Source: Auanema rhodensis
Lineage: Eukaryota > Animalia > Nematoda
Assembly: GCA_964057225.1 (NCBI GenBank)
Contig: OZ059894.1
Location: forward strand, 21,700,001-21,764,000
DNA: 64,000 bases
Direction of reading: 5' to 3'
Shown here: positions 26,801 through 40,900 of the stretch, piece after piece
How the letters are laid out: every line of letters starts with the position of its first letter
Position numbering within the stretch: the first letter of the stretch is position 1
Translations under genes and position numbers: made by a program
The notes under the pieces: model-generated
Database searches by the model: none
The model's input: only the letters and a program-made list of their open reading frames with translations
Told to the model about the DNA's origin: nothing

Positions 26801-29800
26801 TTAGCAAAAAGTAGATGTTTTTAGATTCCTTTTTTTAAGGCAAAGACGATGGACAATGTTATTCAACGAAAAAATTAATTCTTCAGGGTGAAAATCGAGG
26901 ATATAAGTGTAAACTTATATCAGTTGATATCTCGGTGCATTTTTAAGCTAGCGCAAATCTGATAACACAGATCGACGCAGCTTAAAAATCCGCATCGAAT
27001 GCACTATACTACATTGAGAAACGCTTAATACACAAATTAGTTATGATCGTTTGAAAAATGATGCATTAGTGTATGTTGAGTTTCCATGTACACTCAACAT
27101 TGCTTCCAAAAACATTTTGACAAAAATTTTTTCGAAAAATTTCAAAATAATTTAGCAAAAAGTAGATGTTTTTAGATTCCTTTTTTTAAGGCAAAGACGA
27201 TGGACAATGTTATTCAACGAAAAAATTAATTCTTCAGGGTGAAAATCGAGGATATAAGTGTGAACTTATATCAGTTGATATCTCGGTGCATTTTTAAGCT
27301 AGCGCAAATCTGATAACACAGATCGACGCAGCTTAAAAATCCGCATCGAATGCACTATACTACATTGAGAAACGCTTAATACAAAAATTAGTTATGATCG
27401 TTTGAAAAATGATGCATTAGTGTATGTTGAGTTTCCATGTACACTCAACATTGCTTCCAAAAACATTTTGACAAAAATTTTTTCGAAAAATTTTATAATA
27501 ATTTAGCAAAAAGTAGATGTTTTTAGATTCCTGTTTTTAAGGCAAAGACGATGGACAATGTTATTCAACGAAAAAATTAATTCTTCAGGGTGAAAATCGA
27601 GGATATAAGTGTGAACTTATATCAGTTGATATCTCGGTGCATTTTTAAGCTAGCGCAAATTTGATAACACAGATCGACGCAGCTTAAAAATCCGCATCGA
27701 ATGCACTATACTACATTGAGAAACGCTTGATACAAAAATTAGTTATGTTCGTTTGAAAAATGATGCATTAGTGTATGTTGAGTTTCCATGTACACTCAAC
27801 ATTGCTTCCAAAAACATTTTGACAAAAATTTTTTCGAAAAATTTCAAAATAATTTAGCAAAAAGTAGATGTTTTTAGATTCCATTTTTCAAGGCAAAGAC
27901 GATAGACAATGTTATTCAACGAAAAAATTAATTCTTCAGGGTGAAAATCGAGGATATAAGTGTGAACTTATATCAGTTGATATCTCGGTGCATTTTTAAG
28001 CTAGCGCAAATCTGATAACACAGATCGACGCAGCTTAAAAATCCGCATCGAATGCACTATACAACATTGAGAAACGCTTAATACAAAAATTAGTTATGAT
28101 CGTTTGAAAAATGATGCATTAGTGTGTGTTGAGTTTCCATGTACACTCAACATTGCTTCCAAAAACATTTTGACAAAAATTTTTTCGAAAAATTTCAAAA
28201 TAATTTAGCAAAAAGTAGATGTTTTTAGATTCCATTTTTCAAGGCAAAGACGATAGACAAGGTTATTCAACGAAAAAATTAATTCTTCAGGGTGAAAATC
28301 GAGGATATAAGTGTGAACTTATATCAGTTGATATCTCGGTGCATTTTTAAGCTAGCGCAAATCTGATAACACAGATCGACGCAGCTTGAAAAACCGCATC
28401 GAATGCACTATACTACATTGAGAAACGCTTAATACAAAAATTAGTTATGATCGTTTGAAAAATGATGCATTAGTGTATGTTGAGTTTCCATGTACACTCA
28501 ACATTGCTTCAAAAAACATTTTGACAAAAATTTTTTCGAAAAATTTCATAATAATTTAGCAAAAAGTAGATGTTTTTAGATTCCTGTTTTTAAGGCAAAG
28601 ACGATGGACAATGTTATTCAACGAAAAAATTAATTCTTCAGGGTGAAAATCGAGGATATAAGTGTGAACTTATATCAGTTGATATCTCGGTGCATTTTTA
28701 AGCTAGCGCAAATTTGATAACACAGATCGACGCAGCTTAAAAATCCGCATCGAATGCACTATACTACATTGAGAAACGCTTGATACAAAAATTAGTTATG
28801 TTCGTTTGAAAAATGATGCATTAGTGTATGTTGAGTTTCCATGTACACTCAACATTGCTTCAAAAAACATTTTGACAAAAATTTTTTCGAAAAATTTCAA
28901 AATAATTTAGCAAAAAGTAGATGTTTTTAGATTCCTTTTTTTAAGGCAAAGACGATGGACAATGTTATTCAACGAAAAAATTAATTCTTCAGGGTGAAAA
29001 TCGAGGATATAAGTGTAAACTTATATCAGTTGATATCTCGGTGCATTTTCAAGCTAGCGCAAATCTGATAACACAGATCGACGCAGCTTAAAAATCCGCA
29101 TCGAATGCACTATACTACATTGAGAAACGCTTAATACACAAATTAGTTATGATCGTTTGAAAAATGATGCATTAGTGTATGTTGAGTTTCCATGTACACT
29201 CAACATTGCTTCAAAAAACATTTTGACAAAAATTTTTTCGAAAAATTTCAAAATAATTTAGCAAAAAGTAGATGTTTTTAAATTCCTTTTTTTAAGGCAA
29301 AGACGATGGACAATGTTATTCAACGAAAAAATTAATTCTTCAGGGTGAAAATCGAGGATATAAGTGTGAACTTATATCAGTTGATATCTCGGTGCATTTT
29401 TAAGCTAGCGCAAATCTGATAACACAGATCGACGCAGCTTAAAAATCCGCATCGAATGCACTATACTACATTGAGAAACGCTTAATACAAAAATTAGTTA
29501 TGATCGTTTGAAAAATGATGCATTAGTGTATGTTGAGTTTCCATGTACACTCAACATTGCTTCCAAAAACATTTTGACAAAAATTTTTTCGAAAAATTTT
29601 ATAATAATTTAGCAAAAAGTAGATGTTTTTAGATTCCTGTTTTTAAGGCAAAGACGATGGACAATGTTATTCAACGAAAAAATTAATTCTTCAGGGTGAA
29701 AATCGAGGATATAAGTGTGAACTTATATCAGTTGATATCTCGGTGCATTTTTAAGCTAGCGCAAATTTGATAACACAGATCGACGCAGCTTAAAAATTCG

Positions 29801-32800
29801 CATCGAATGCACTATACTACATCAAGAAACGCTTGATACAAAAATTAGTTTTGATCGTTTGAAAAATGATGCATTAGTGTATGTTGAGTTTCCATGTACA
29901 CTCAACATTGCTTCCAAAAACATTTTGACAAAAATTTTTTCGAAAAATTTCAAAATAATTTAGCAAAAAGTAGATGTTTTTAGATTCCATTTTTCAAGGC
30001 AAAGACGATAGACAATGTTATTCAACGAAAAAATTAATTCTTCAGGGTGAAAATCGAGGATTTAAGTGTGAACTTATATCAGTTGATATCTCGGTGCATT
30101 TTTAAGCTAGCGCAAATCGGATAACACAGATCGACGCAGCTTAAAAATCCGCATCGAATGCACTATACTACATTGAGAAACGCTTGATACAAAAATTAGT
30201 TATGATCGTTTGAAAAATGATGCATTAGTGTATGTTGAGTTTCCATGTACACTCAACATTGCTTCCAAAAACATTTTGACAAAAATTTTTTCGAAAAATT
30301 TCAAAATAATTCAGCAAAAAGTAGATGTTTTTAGATTCCATTTTTCAAGGCAAAGACGATAGACAATGTTATTCAACGAAAAAATTAATTCTTCAGGGTG
30401 AAAATCGAGGATATAAGTGTGAACTTATATCAGTTGATATCTCGGTGCATTTTTAAGCTAGCGCAAATCTGATAACACAGATCGACGCAGCTTAAAAATC
30501 CGCATCGAATGCACTATACTACATTGAGAAACGCTTAATACACAAATTAGTTATGATCGTTTGAAAAATGATGCATTAGTGTATGTTGAGTTTCCATGTA
30601 CACTCAACATTGCTTCCAAAAACATTTTGACAAAAATTTTTTCGAAAAATTTCAAAATAATTTAGCAAAAAGTAGATGTTTTTAGATTCCATTTTTCAAG
30701 GCAAAGACGATAGACAATGTTATTCAACGAAAAAATTAATTCTTCAGGGTGAAAATCGAGGATATAAGTGTGAACTTATATCAGTTGATATCTCGGTGCA
30801 TTTTTAAGCTAGCGCAAATCTGATAACACAGATCGACGCAGCTTAAAAATCCGCATCGAATGCACTATACTACATTGAGAAACGCTTAATACACAAATTA
30901 GTTATGATCGTTTGAAAAATGATGCATTAGTGTATGTTGAGTTTCCATGTACACTCAACATTGCTTCCAAAAACATTTTGACAAAAATTTTTTCGAAAAA
31001 TTTTATAATAATTTAGCAAAAAGTAGATGTTTTTAGATTCCTGTTTTTAAGGCAAAGACGATGGACAATGTTATTCAACGAAAAAATTAATTCTTCAGGG
31101 TGAAAATCGAGGATATAAGTGTGAACTTATATCAGTTGATATCTCGGTGCATTTTTAAGCTAGCGCAAATTTGATAACACAGATCGACGCAGCTTAAAAA
31201 TCCGCATCGAATGCACTATACTACATTGAGAAACGCTTGATACAAAAATTAGTTATGTTCGTTTGAAAAATGATGCATTAGTGTATGTTGAGTTTCCATG
31301 TACACTCAACATTGCTTCAAAAAACATTTTGACAAAAATTTTTTCGAAAAATTTCAAAATAATTTAGCAAAAAGTAGATGTTTTTAGATTCCTTTTTTTA
31401 AGGCAAAGACGATGGACAATGTTATTCAACGAAAAAATTAATTCTTCAGGGTGAAAATCGAGGATATAAGTGTGAACTTATATCAGTTGATATCTCGGTG
31501 CATTTTTAAGCTAGCGCAAATCTGATAACACAGATCGACGCAGCTTGAAAAACCGCATCGAATGCACTATACTACATCAAGAAACGCTTGATACAAAAAT
31601 TAGTTATGATCGTTTGAAAAATGATGCATTAGTGTATGTTGAGTTTCCATGTACACTCAACATTGCTTCCAAAAACATTTTGACAAAAATTTTTTCGAAA
31701 AATTTCAAAATAATTTAGCAAAAAGTAGATGTTTTTAGATTCCATTTTTCAAGGCAAAGACGATAGACAATGTTATTCAACGAAAAAATTAATTCTTCAG
31801 GGTGAAAATCGAGGATATAAGTGTGAACTTATATCAGTTGATATCTCGGTGCATTTTTAAGCTAGCGCAAATCTGATAACACAGATCGACGCAGCTTAAA
31901 AATCCGCATCGAATGCACTATACTACATTGAGAAACGCTTAATACACAAATTAGTTATGATCGTTTGAAAAATGATGCATTAGTGTATGTTGAGTTTCCA
32001 TGTACACTCAACATTGCTTCCAAAAACATTTTGACAAAAATTTTTTCGAAAAATTTCAAAATAATTTAGCAAAAAGTAGATGTTTTTAGATTCCTTTTTT
32101 TAAGGCAAAGACGATGGACAATGTTATTCAACGAAAAAATTAATTCTTCAGGGTGAAAATCGAGGATATAAGTGTGAACTTATATCAGTTGATATCTCGG
32201 TGCATTTTTAAGCTAGCGCAAATCTGATAACACAGATCGACGCAGCTTAAAAATCCGCATCGAATGCACTATACTACATTGAGAAACGCTTAATACAAAA
32301 ATTAGTTATGATCGTTTGAAAAATGATGCATTAGTGTATGTTGAGTTTCCATGTACACTCAACATTGCTTCCAAAAACATTTTGACAAAAATTTTTTCGA
32401 AAAATTTTATAATAATTTAGCAAAAAGTAGATGTTTTTAGATTCCTGTTTTTAAGGCAAAGACGATGGACAATGTTATTCAACGAAAAAATTAATTCTTC
32501 AGGGTGAAAATCGAGGATATAAGTGTGAACTTATATCAGTTGATATCTCGGTGCATTTTTAAGCTAGCGCAAATTTGATAACACAGATCGACGCAGCTTA
32601 AAAATCCGCATCGAATGCACTATACTACATTGAGAAACGCTTGATACAAAAATTAGTTATGTTCGTTTGAAAAATGATGCATTAGTGTATGTTGAGTTTC
32701 CATGTACACTCAACATTGCTTCAAAAAACATTTTGACAAAAATTTTTTCGAAAAATTTCAAAATAATTTAGCAAAAAGTAGATGTTTTTAGATTCCTTTT

Positions 32801-34048
32801 TTTAAGGCAAAGACGATGGACAATGTTATTCAACGAAAAAATTAATTCTTCAGGGTGAAAATCGAGGATATAAGTGTGAACTTATATCAGTTGATATCTC
32901 GGTGCATTTTTAAGCTAGCGCAAATCTGATAACACAGATCGACGCAGCTTGAAAAACCGCATCGAATGCACTATACTACATCAAGAAACGCTTAATACAA
33001 AAATTAGTTATGATCGTTTGAAAAATGATGCATTAGTGTATGTTGAGTTTCCATGTACACTCAACATTGCTTCCAAAAACATTTTGACAAAAATTTTTTC
33101 GAAAAATTTTATAATAATTTAGCAAAAAGTAGATGTTTTTAGATTCCTGTTTTTAAGGCAAAGACGATGGACAATGTTATTCAACGAAAAAATTAATTCT
33201 TCAGGGTGAAAATCGAGGATATAAGTGTGAACTTATATCAGTTGATATCTCGGTGCATTTTTAAGCTAGCGCAAATTTGATAACACAGATCGACGCAGCT
33301 TAAAAATCCGCATCGAATGCACTATACTACATTGAGAAACGCTTGATACAAAAATTAGTTATGTTCGTTTGAAAAATGATGCATTAGTGTATGTTGAGTT
33401 TCCATGTACACTCAACATTGCTTCAAAAAACATTTTGACAAAAATTTTTTCGAAAAATTTCAAAATAATTTAGCAAAAAGTAGATGTTTTTAGATTCCTT
33501 TTTTTAAGGCAAAGACGATGGACAATGTTATTCAACGAAAAAATTAATTCTTCAGGGTGAAAATCGAGGATATAAGTGTGAACTTATATCAGTTGATATC
33601 TCGGTGCATTTTTAAGCTAGCGCAAATCTGATAACACAGATCGACGCAGCTTGAAAAACCGCATCGAATGCACTATACTACATCAAGAAACGCTTGATAC
33701 AAAAATTAGTTATGATCGTTTGAAAAATGATGCATTAGTGTATGTTGAGTTTCCATGTACACTCAACATTGCTTCCAAAAACATTTTGACAAAAATTTTT
33801 TCGAAAAATTTCAAAATAATTTAGCAAAAAGTAGATGTTTTTAGATTCCATTTTTCAAGGCAAAGACGATAGACAATGTTATTCAACGAAAAAATTAATT
33901 CTTCAGGGTGAAAATCGAGGATATAAGTGTGAACTTATATCAGTTGATATCTCGGTGCATTTTTAAGCTAGCGCAAATCTGATAACACAGATCGACGCAG
34001 CTTAAAAATCCGCATCGAATGCACTTTACTACATCAAGAAACGCTTGA

Positions 34049-37000
34049 TACAAAAATTAGTTATGATCGTTTGAAAAATGATGCATTAGTGTATGTTGAG
34101 TTTCCATGTACACTCAACATTGCTTCCAAAAACATTTTGACAAAAATTTTTTCGAAAAATTTCAAAATAATTTAGCAAAAAGTAGATGTTTTTAGATTCC
34201 ATTTTTCAAGGCAAAGACGATAGACAATGTTATTCAACGAAAAAATTAATTCTTCAGGGTGAAAATCGAGGATATAAGTGTGAACTTATATCAGTTGATA
34301 TCTCGGTGCATTTTTAAGCTAGCGCAAATCTGATAACACAGATCGACGCAGCTTAAAAATCCGCATCGAATGCACTATACATTATTGAGAAACGCTTAAT
34401 ACAAAAATTAGTTATGATCGTTTGAAAAATGATGCATTAGTGTGTGTTGAGTTTCCATGTACACTCAACATTGCTTCCAAAAACATTTTGACAAAAATTT
34501 TTTCGAAAAATTTCAAAATATTTTAGCAAAAAGTAGATGTTTTTAGATTCCTGTTTTTAAGGCAAAGACGATGGACAATGTTATTCAACGAAAAAATTAA
34601 TTCTTCAGGGTGAAAATCGAGGATATAAGTGTGAACTTATATCAGTTGATATCTCGGTGCATTTTTAAGCTAGCGCAAATCTGATAACACAGATCGACGC
34701 AGCTTAAAAATCCGCATCGAATGCACTATACTACATCAAGAAACGCTTGATACAAAAATTAGTTATGATCGTTTGAAAAATGATGCATTAGTGTATGTTG
34801 AGTTTCCATGTACACTCAACATTGCTTCCAAAAACATTTTGACAAAAATTTTTTCGAAAAATTTCAAAATAATTTAGCAAAAAGTAGATGTTTTTAGATT
34901 CCATTTTTCAAGGCAAAGACGATAGACAATGTTATTCAACGAAAAAATTAATTCTTCAGGGTGAAAATCGAGGATATAAGTGTGAACTTATATCAGTTGA
35001 TATCTCGGTGCATTTTTAAGCTAGCGCAAATCTGATAACACAGATCGACGCAGCTTAAAAATCCGCATCGAATGCACTATACTACATCAAGAAACGCTTG
35101 ATACAAAAATTAGTTATGATCGTTTGAAAAATGATGCATTAGTGTATGTTGAGTTTCCATGTACACTCAACATTGCTTCCAAAAACATTTTGACAAAAAT
35201 TTTTTCGAAAAATTTCAAAATAATTTAGCAAAAAGTAGATGTTTTTAGATTCCATTTTTCAAGGCAAAGACGATAGACAATGTTATTCAACGAAAAAATT
35301 AATTCTTCAGGGTGAAAATCGAGGATATAAGTGTGAACTTATATCAGTTGATATCTCGGTGCATTTTTAAGCTAGCGCAAATCTGATAACACAGATCGAC
35401 GCAGCTTAAAAATCCGCATCGAATGCACTATACATTATTGAGAAACGCTTAATACAAAAATTAGTTATGATCGTTTGAAAAATGATGCATTAGTGTGTGT
35501 TGAGTTTCCATGTACACTCAACATTGCTTCCAAAAACATTTTGACAAAAATTTTTTCGAAAAATTTCAAAATATTTTAGCAAAAAGTAGATGTTTTTAGA
35601 TTCCTGTTTTTAAGGCAAAGACGATGGACAATGTTATTCAACGAAAAAATTAATTCTTCAGGGTGAAAATCGAGGATATAAGTGTGAACTTATATCAGTT
35701 GATATCTCGGTGCATTTTTAAGCTAGCGCAAATCTGATAACACAGATCGACGCAGCTTAAAAATCCGCATCGAATGCACTATACTACATCAAGAAACGCT
35801 TGATACAAAAATTAGTTATGATCGTTTGAAAAATGATGCATTAGTGTATGTTGAGTTTCCATGTACACTCAACATTGCTTCCAAAAACATTTTGACAAAA
35901 ATTTTTTCGAAAAATTTCAAAATAATTTAGCAAAAAGTAGATGTTTTTAGATTCCATTTTTCAAGGCAAAGACGATAGACAATGTTATTCAACGAAAAAA
36001 TTAATTCTTCAGGGTGAAAATCGAGGATATAAGTGTGAACTTATATCAGTTGATATCTCGGTGCATTTTTAAGCTAGCGCAAATCTGATAACACAGATCG
36101 ACGCAGCTTAAAAATCCGCATCGAATGCACTATACATTATTGAGAAACGCTTAATACAAAAATTAGTTATGATCGTTTGAAAAATGATGCATTAGTGTGT
36201 GTTGAGTTTCCATGTACACTCAACATTGCTTCCAAAAACATTTTGACAAAAATTTTTTCGAAAAATTTCAAAATATTTTAGCAAAAAGTAGATGTTTTTA
36301 GATTCCTGTTTTTAAGGCAAAGACGATGGACAATGTTATTCAACGAAAAAATTAATTCTTCAGGGTGAAAATCGAGGATATAAGTGTGAACTTATATCAG
36401 TTGATATCTCGGTGCATTTTTAAGCTAGCGCAAATCTGATAACACAGATCGACGCAGCTTAAAAATCCGCATCGAATGCACTATACTACATCAAGAAACG
36501 CTTGATACAAAAATTAGTTATGATCGTTTGAAAAATGATGCATTAGTGTATGTTGAGTTTCCATGTACACTCAACATTGCTTCCAAAAACATTTTGACAA
36601 AAATTTTTTCGAAAAATTTCAAAATAATTTAGCAAAAAGTAGATGTTTTTAGATTCCATTTTTCAAGGCAAAGACGATAGACAATGTTATTCAACGAAAA
36701 AATTAATTCTTCAGGGTGAAAATCGAGGATATAAGTGTGAACTTATATCAGTTGATATCTCGGTGCATTTTTAAGCTAGCGCAAATCTGATAACACAGAT
36801 CGACGCAGCTTAAAAATCCGCATCGAATGCACTATACTACATCAAGAAACGCTTGATACAAAAATTAGTTATGATCGTTTGAAAAATGATGCATTAGTGT
36901 ATGTTGAGTTTCCATGTACACTCAACATTGCTTCCAAAAACATTTTGACAAAAATTTTTTCGAAAAATTTCAAAATAATTTAGCAAAAAGTAGATGTTTT

Positions 37001-37558
37001 TAGATTCCATTTTTCAAGGCAAAGACGATAGACAATGTTATTCAACGAAAAAATTAATTCTTCAGGGTGAAAATCGAGGATATAAGTGTGAACTTATATC
37101 AGTTGATATCTCGGTGCATTTTTAAGCTAGCGCAAATCTGATAACACAGATCGACGCAGCTTAAAAATCCGCATCGAATGCACTATACATTATTGAGAAA
37201 CGCTTAATACAAAAATTAGTTATGATCGTTTGAAAAATGATGCATTAGTGTGTGTTGAGTTTCCATGTACACTCAACATTGCTTCCAAAAACATTTTGAC
37301 AAAAATTTTTTCGAAAAATTTCAAAATATTTTAGCAAAAAGTAGATGTTTTTAGATTCCTGTTTTTAAGGCAAAGACGATGGACAATGTTATTCAACGAA
37401 AAAATTAATTCTTCAGGGTGAAAATCGAGGATATAAGTGTGAACTTATATCAGTTGATATCTCGGTGCATTTTTAAGCTAGCGCAAATCTGATAACACAG
37501 ATCGACGCAGCTTAAAAATCCGCATCGAATGCACTATACATTATTGAGAAACGCTTAA
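34049..37558 (+). repeat. Pentamer (1755-bp) higher-order repeat, ~2 copies, built from 2- and 3-monomer modules
   Basis: TACATTATT marker at ~34381, 35434, 36136 and 37189 (pairs 1755 apart), with the same intervening monomer types. Confidence 0.7.
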
Positions 37559-37909
37559 TACAAAAATTAGTTATGATCGTTTGAAAAATGATGCATTAGT
37601 GTGTGTTGAGTTTCCATGTACACTCAACATTGCTTCCAAAAACATTTTGACAAAAATTTTTTCGAAAAATTTCAAAATAATTTAGCAAAAAGTAGATGTT
37701 TTTAGATTCCTTTTTTTAAGGCAAAGACGATGGACAATGTTATTCAACGAAAAAATTAATTCTTCAGGGTGAAAATCGAGGATATAAGTGTAAACTTATA
37801 TCAGTTGATATCTCGGTGCATTTTTAAGCTAGCGCAAATCTGATAACACAGATCGACGCAGCTTAAAAATCCGCATCGAATGCACTATACTACATTGAGA
37901 AACGCTTAA

Positions 37910-40900
37910 TACACAAATTAGTTATGATCGTTTGAAAAATGATGCATTAGTGTATGTTGAGTTCCCATGTACACTCAACATTGCTTCCAAAAACATTTTG
38001 ACAAAAATTTTTTCGAAAAATTTCAAAATAATTTAGCAAAAAGTAGATGTTTTTAGATTCCTTTTTTTAAGGCAAAGACGATGGACAATGTTATTCAACG
38101 AAAAAATTAATTCTTCAGGGTGAAAATCGAGGATATAAGTGTGAACTTATATCAGTTGATATCTCGGTGCATTTTTAAGCTAGCGCAAATCTGATAACAC
38201 AGATCGACGCAGCTTAAAAATCCGCATCGAATGCACTATACTACATCAAGAAACGCTTGATAGAAAAATTAGTTATGATCGTTTGAAAAATGATGCATTA
38301 GTGTATGTTGAGTTTCCATGTACACTCAACATTGCTTCCAAAAACATTTTGACAAAAATTTTTTCGAAAAATTTCAAAATAATTTAGCAAAAAGTAGATG
38401 TTTTTAGATTCCATTTTTCAAGGCAAAGACGATAGACAATGTTATTCAACGAAAAAATTAATTCTTCAGGGTGAAAATCGAGGATATAAGTGTGAACTTA
38501 TATCAGTTGATATCTCGGTGCATTTTTAAGCTAGCGCAAATCTGATAACACAGATCGACGCAGCTTAAAAATCCGCATCGAATGCACTATACATTATTGA
38601 GAAACGCTTAATACAAAAATTAGTTATGATCGTTTGAAAAATGATGCATTAGTGTGTGTTGAGTTTCCATGTACACTCAACATTGCTTCCAAAAACATTT
38701 TGACAAAAATTTTTTCGAAAAATTTCAAAATATTTTAGCAAAAAGTAGATGTTTTTAGATTCCTGTTTCTAAGGCAAAGACGATGGACAATGTTATTCAA
38801 CGAAAAAATTAATTCTTCAGGGTGAAAATCGAGGATATAAGTGTGAACTTATATCAGTTGATATCTCGGTGCATTTTTAAGCTAGCGCAAATCTGATAAC
38901 ACAGATCGACGCAGCTTAAAAATCCGCATCGAATGCACTATACTACATCAAGAAACGCTTGATACAAAAATTAGTTATGATCGTTTGAAAAATGATGCAT
39001 TAGTGTATGTTGAGTTTCCATGTACACTCAACATTGCTTCCAAAAACATTTTGACAAAAATTTTTTCGAAAAATTTCAAAATAATTTAGCAAAAAGTAGA
39101 TGTTTTTAGATTCCATTTTTCAAGGCAAAGACGATAGACAATGTTATTCAACGAAAAAATAAATTCTTCAGGGTGAAAATCGAGGATATAAGTGTGAACT
39201 TATATCAGTTGATATCTCGGTGCATTTTTAAGCTAGCGCAAATCTGATAACACAGATCGACGCAGCTTAAAAATCCGCATCGAATGCACTATACTACATT
39301 GAGAAACGCTTAATAAACAAATTAGTTATGATCGTTTGAAAAATGATGCATTAGTGTATGTTGAGTTTCCATGTACACTCAACATTGCTTCCAAAAACAT
39401 TTTGACAAAAATTTTTTCGAAAAATTTCAAAATAATTTAGCAAAAAGTAGATGTTTTTAGATTCCTTTTTTTAAGGCAAAGACGATGGACAATGTTATTC
39501 AACGAAAAAATTAATTCTTCAGGGTGAAAATCGAGGATATAAGTGTGAACTTATATCAGTTGATATCTCGGTGCATTTTTAAGGTAGCGCAAATCTGATA
39601 ACACAGATCGACGCAGCTTAAAAATCCGCATCGAATGCACTATACTACATCAAGAAACGCTTGATACAAAAATTAGTTATGATCGTTTGAAAAATGATGC
39701 ATTAGTGTATGTTGAGTTTCCATGTACACTCAACATTGCTTCCAAAAACATTTTGACAAAAATTTTTTCGAAAAATTTCAAAATAATTTAGCAAAAAGTA
39801 GATGTTTTTAGATTCCATTTTTCAAGGCAAAGACGATAGACAATGTTATTCAACGAAAAAATAAATTCTTCAGGGTGAAAATCGAGGATATAAGTGTGAA
39901 CTTATATCAGTTGATATCTCGGTGCATTTTTAAGCTAGCGCAAATCTGATAACACAGATCGACGCAGCTTAAAAATCCGCATCGAATGCACTATACTACA
40001 TTGAGAAACGCTTAATAAACAAATTAGTTATGATCGTTTGAAAAATGATGCATTAGTGTATGTTGAGTTTCCATGTACACTCAACATTGCTTCCAAAAAC
40101 ATTTTGACAAAAATTTTTTCGAAAAATTTCAAAATAATTTAGCAAAAAGTAGATGTTTTTAGATTCCTTTTTTTAAGGCAAAGACGATGGACAATGTTAT
40201 TCAACGAAAAAATTAATTCTTCAGGGTGAAAATCGAGGATATAAGTGTAAACTTATATCAGTTGATATCTCGGTGCATTTTTAAGCTAGCGCAAATCTGA
40301 TAACACAGATCGACGCAGCTTAAAAATCCGCATCGAATGCACTATACTACATTGAGAAACGCTTAATACACAAATTAGTTATGATCGTTTGAAAAATGAT
40401 GCATTAGTGTATGTTGAGTTTCCATGTACACTCAACATTGCTTCCAAAAACATTTTGACAAAAATTTTTTCGAAAAATTTCAAAATAATTTAGCAAAAAG
40501 TAGATGTTTTTAGATTCCTTTTTTTAAGGCAAAGACGATGGACAATGTTATTCAACGAAAAAATTAATTCTTCAGGGTGAAAATCGAGGATATAAGTGTA
40601 AACTTATATCAGTTGATATCTCGGTGCATTTTTAAGCTAGCGCAAATCTGATAACACAGATCGACGCAGCTTAAAAATCCGCATCGAATGCACTATACTA
40701 CATTGAGAAACGCTTAATACACAAATTAGTTATGATCGTTTGAAAAATGATGCATTAGTGTATGTTGAGTTTCCATGTACACTCAACATTGCTTCCAAAA
40801 ACATTTTGACAAAAATTTTTTCGAAAAATTTCAAAATATTTTAGCAAAAAGTAGATGTTTTTAGATTCCTTTTTTTAAGGCAAAGACGATGGACAATGTT

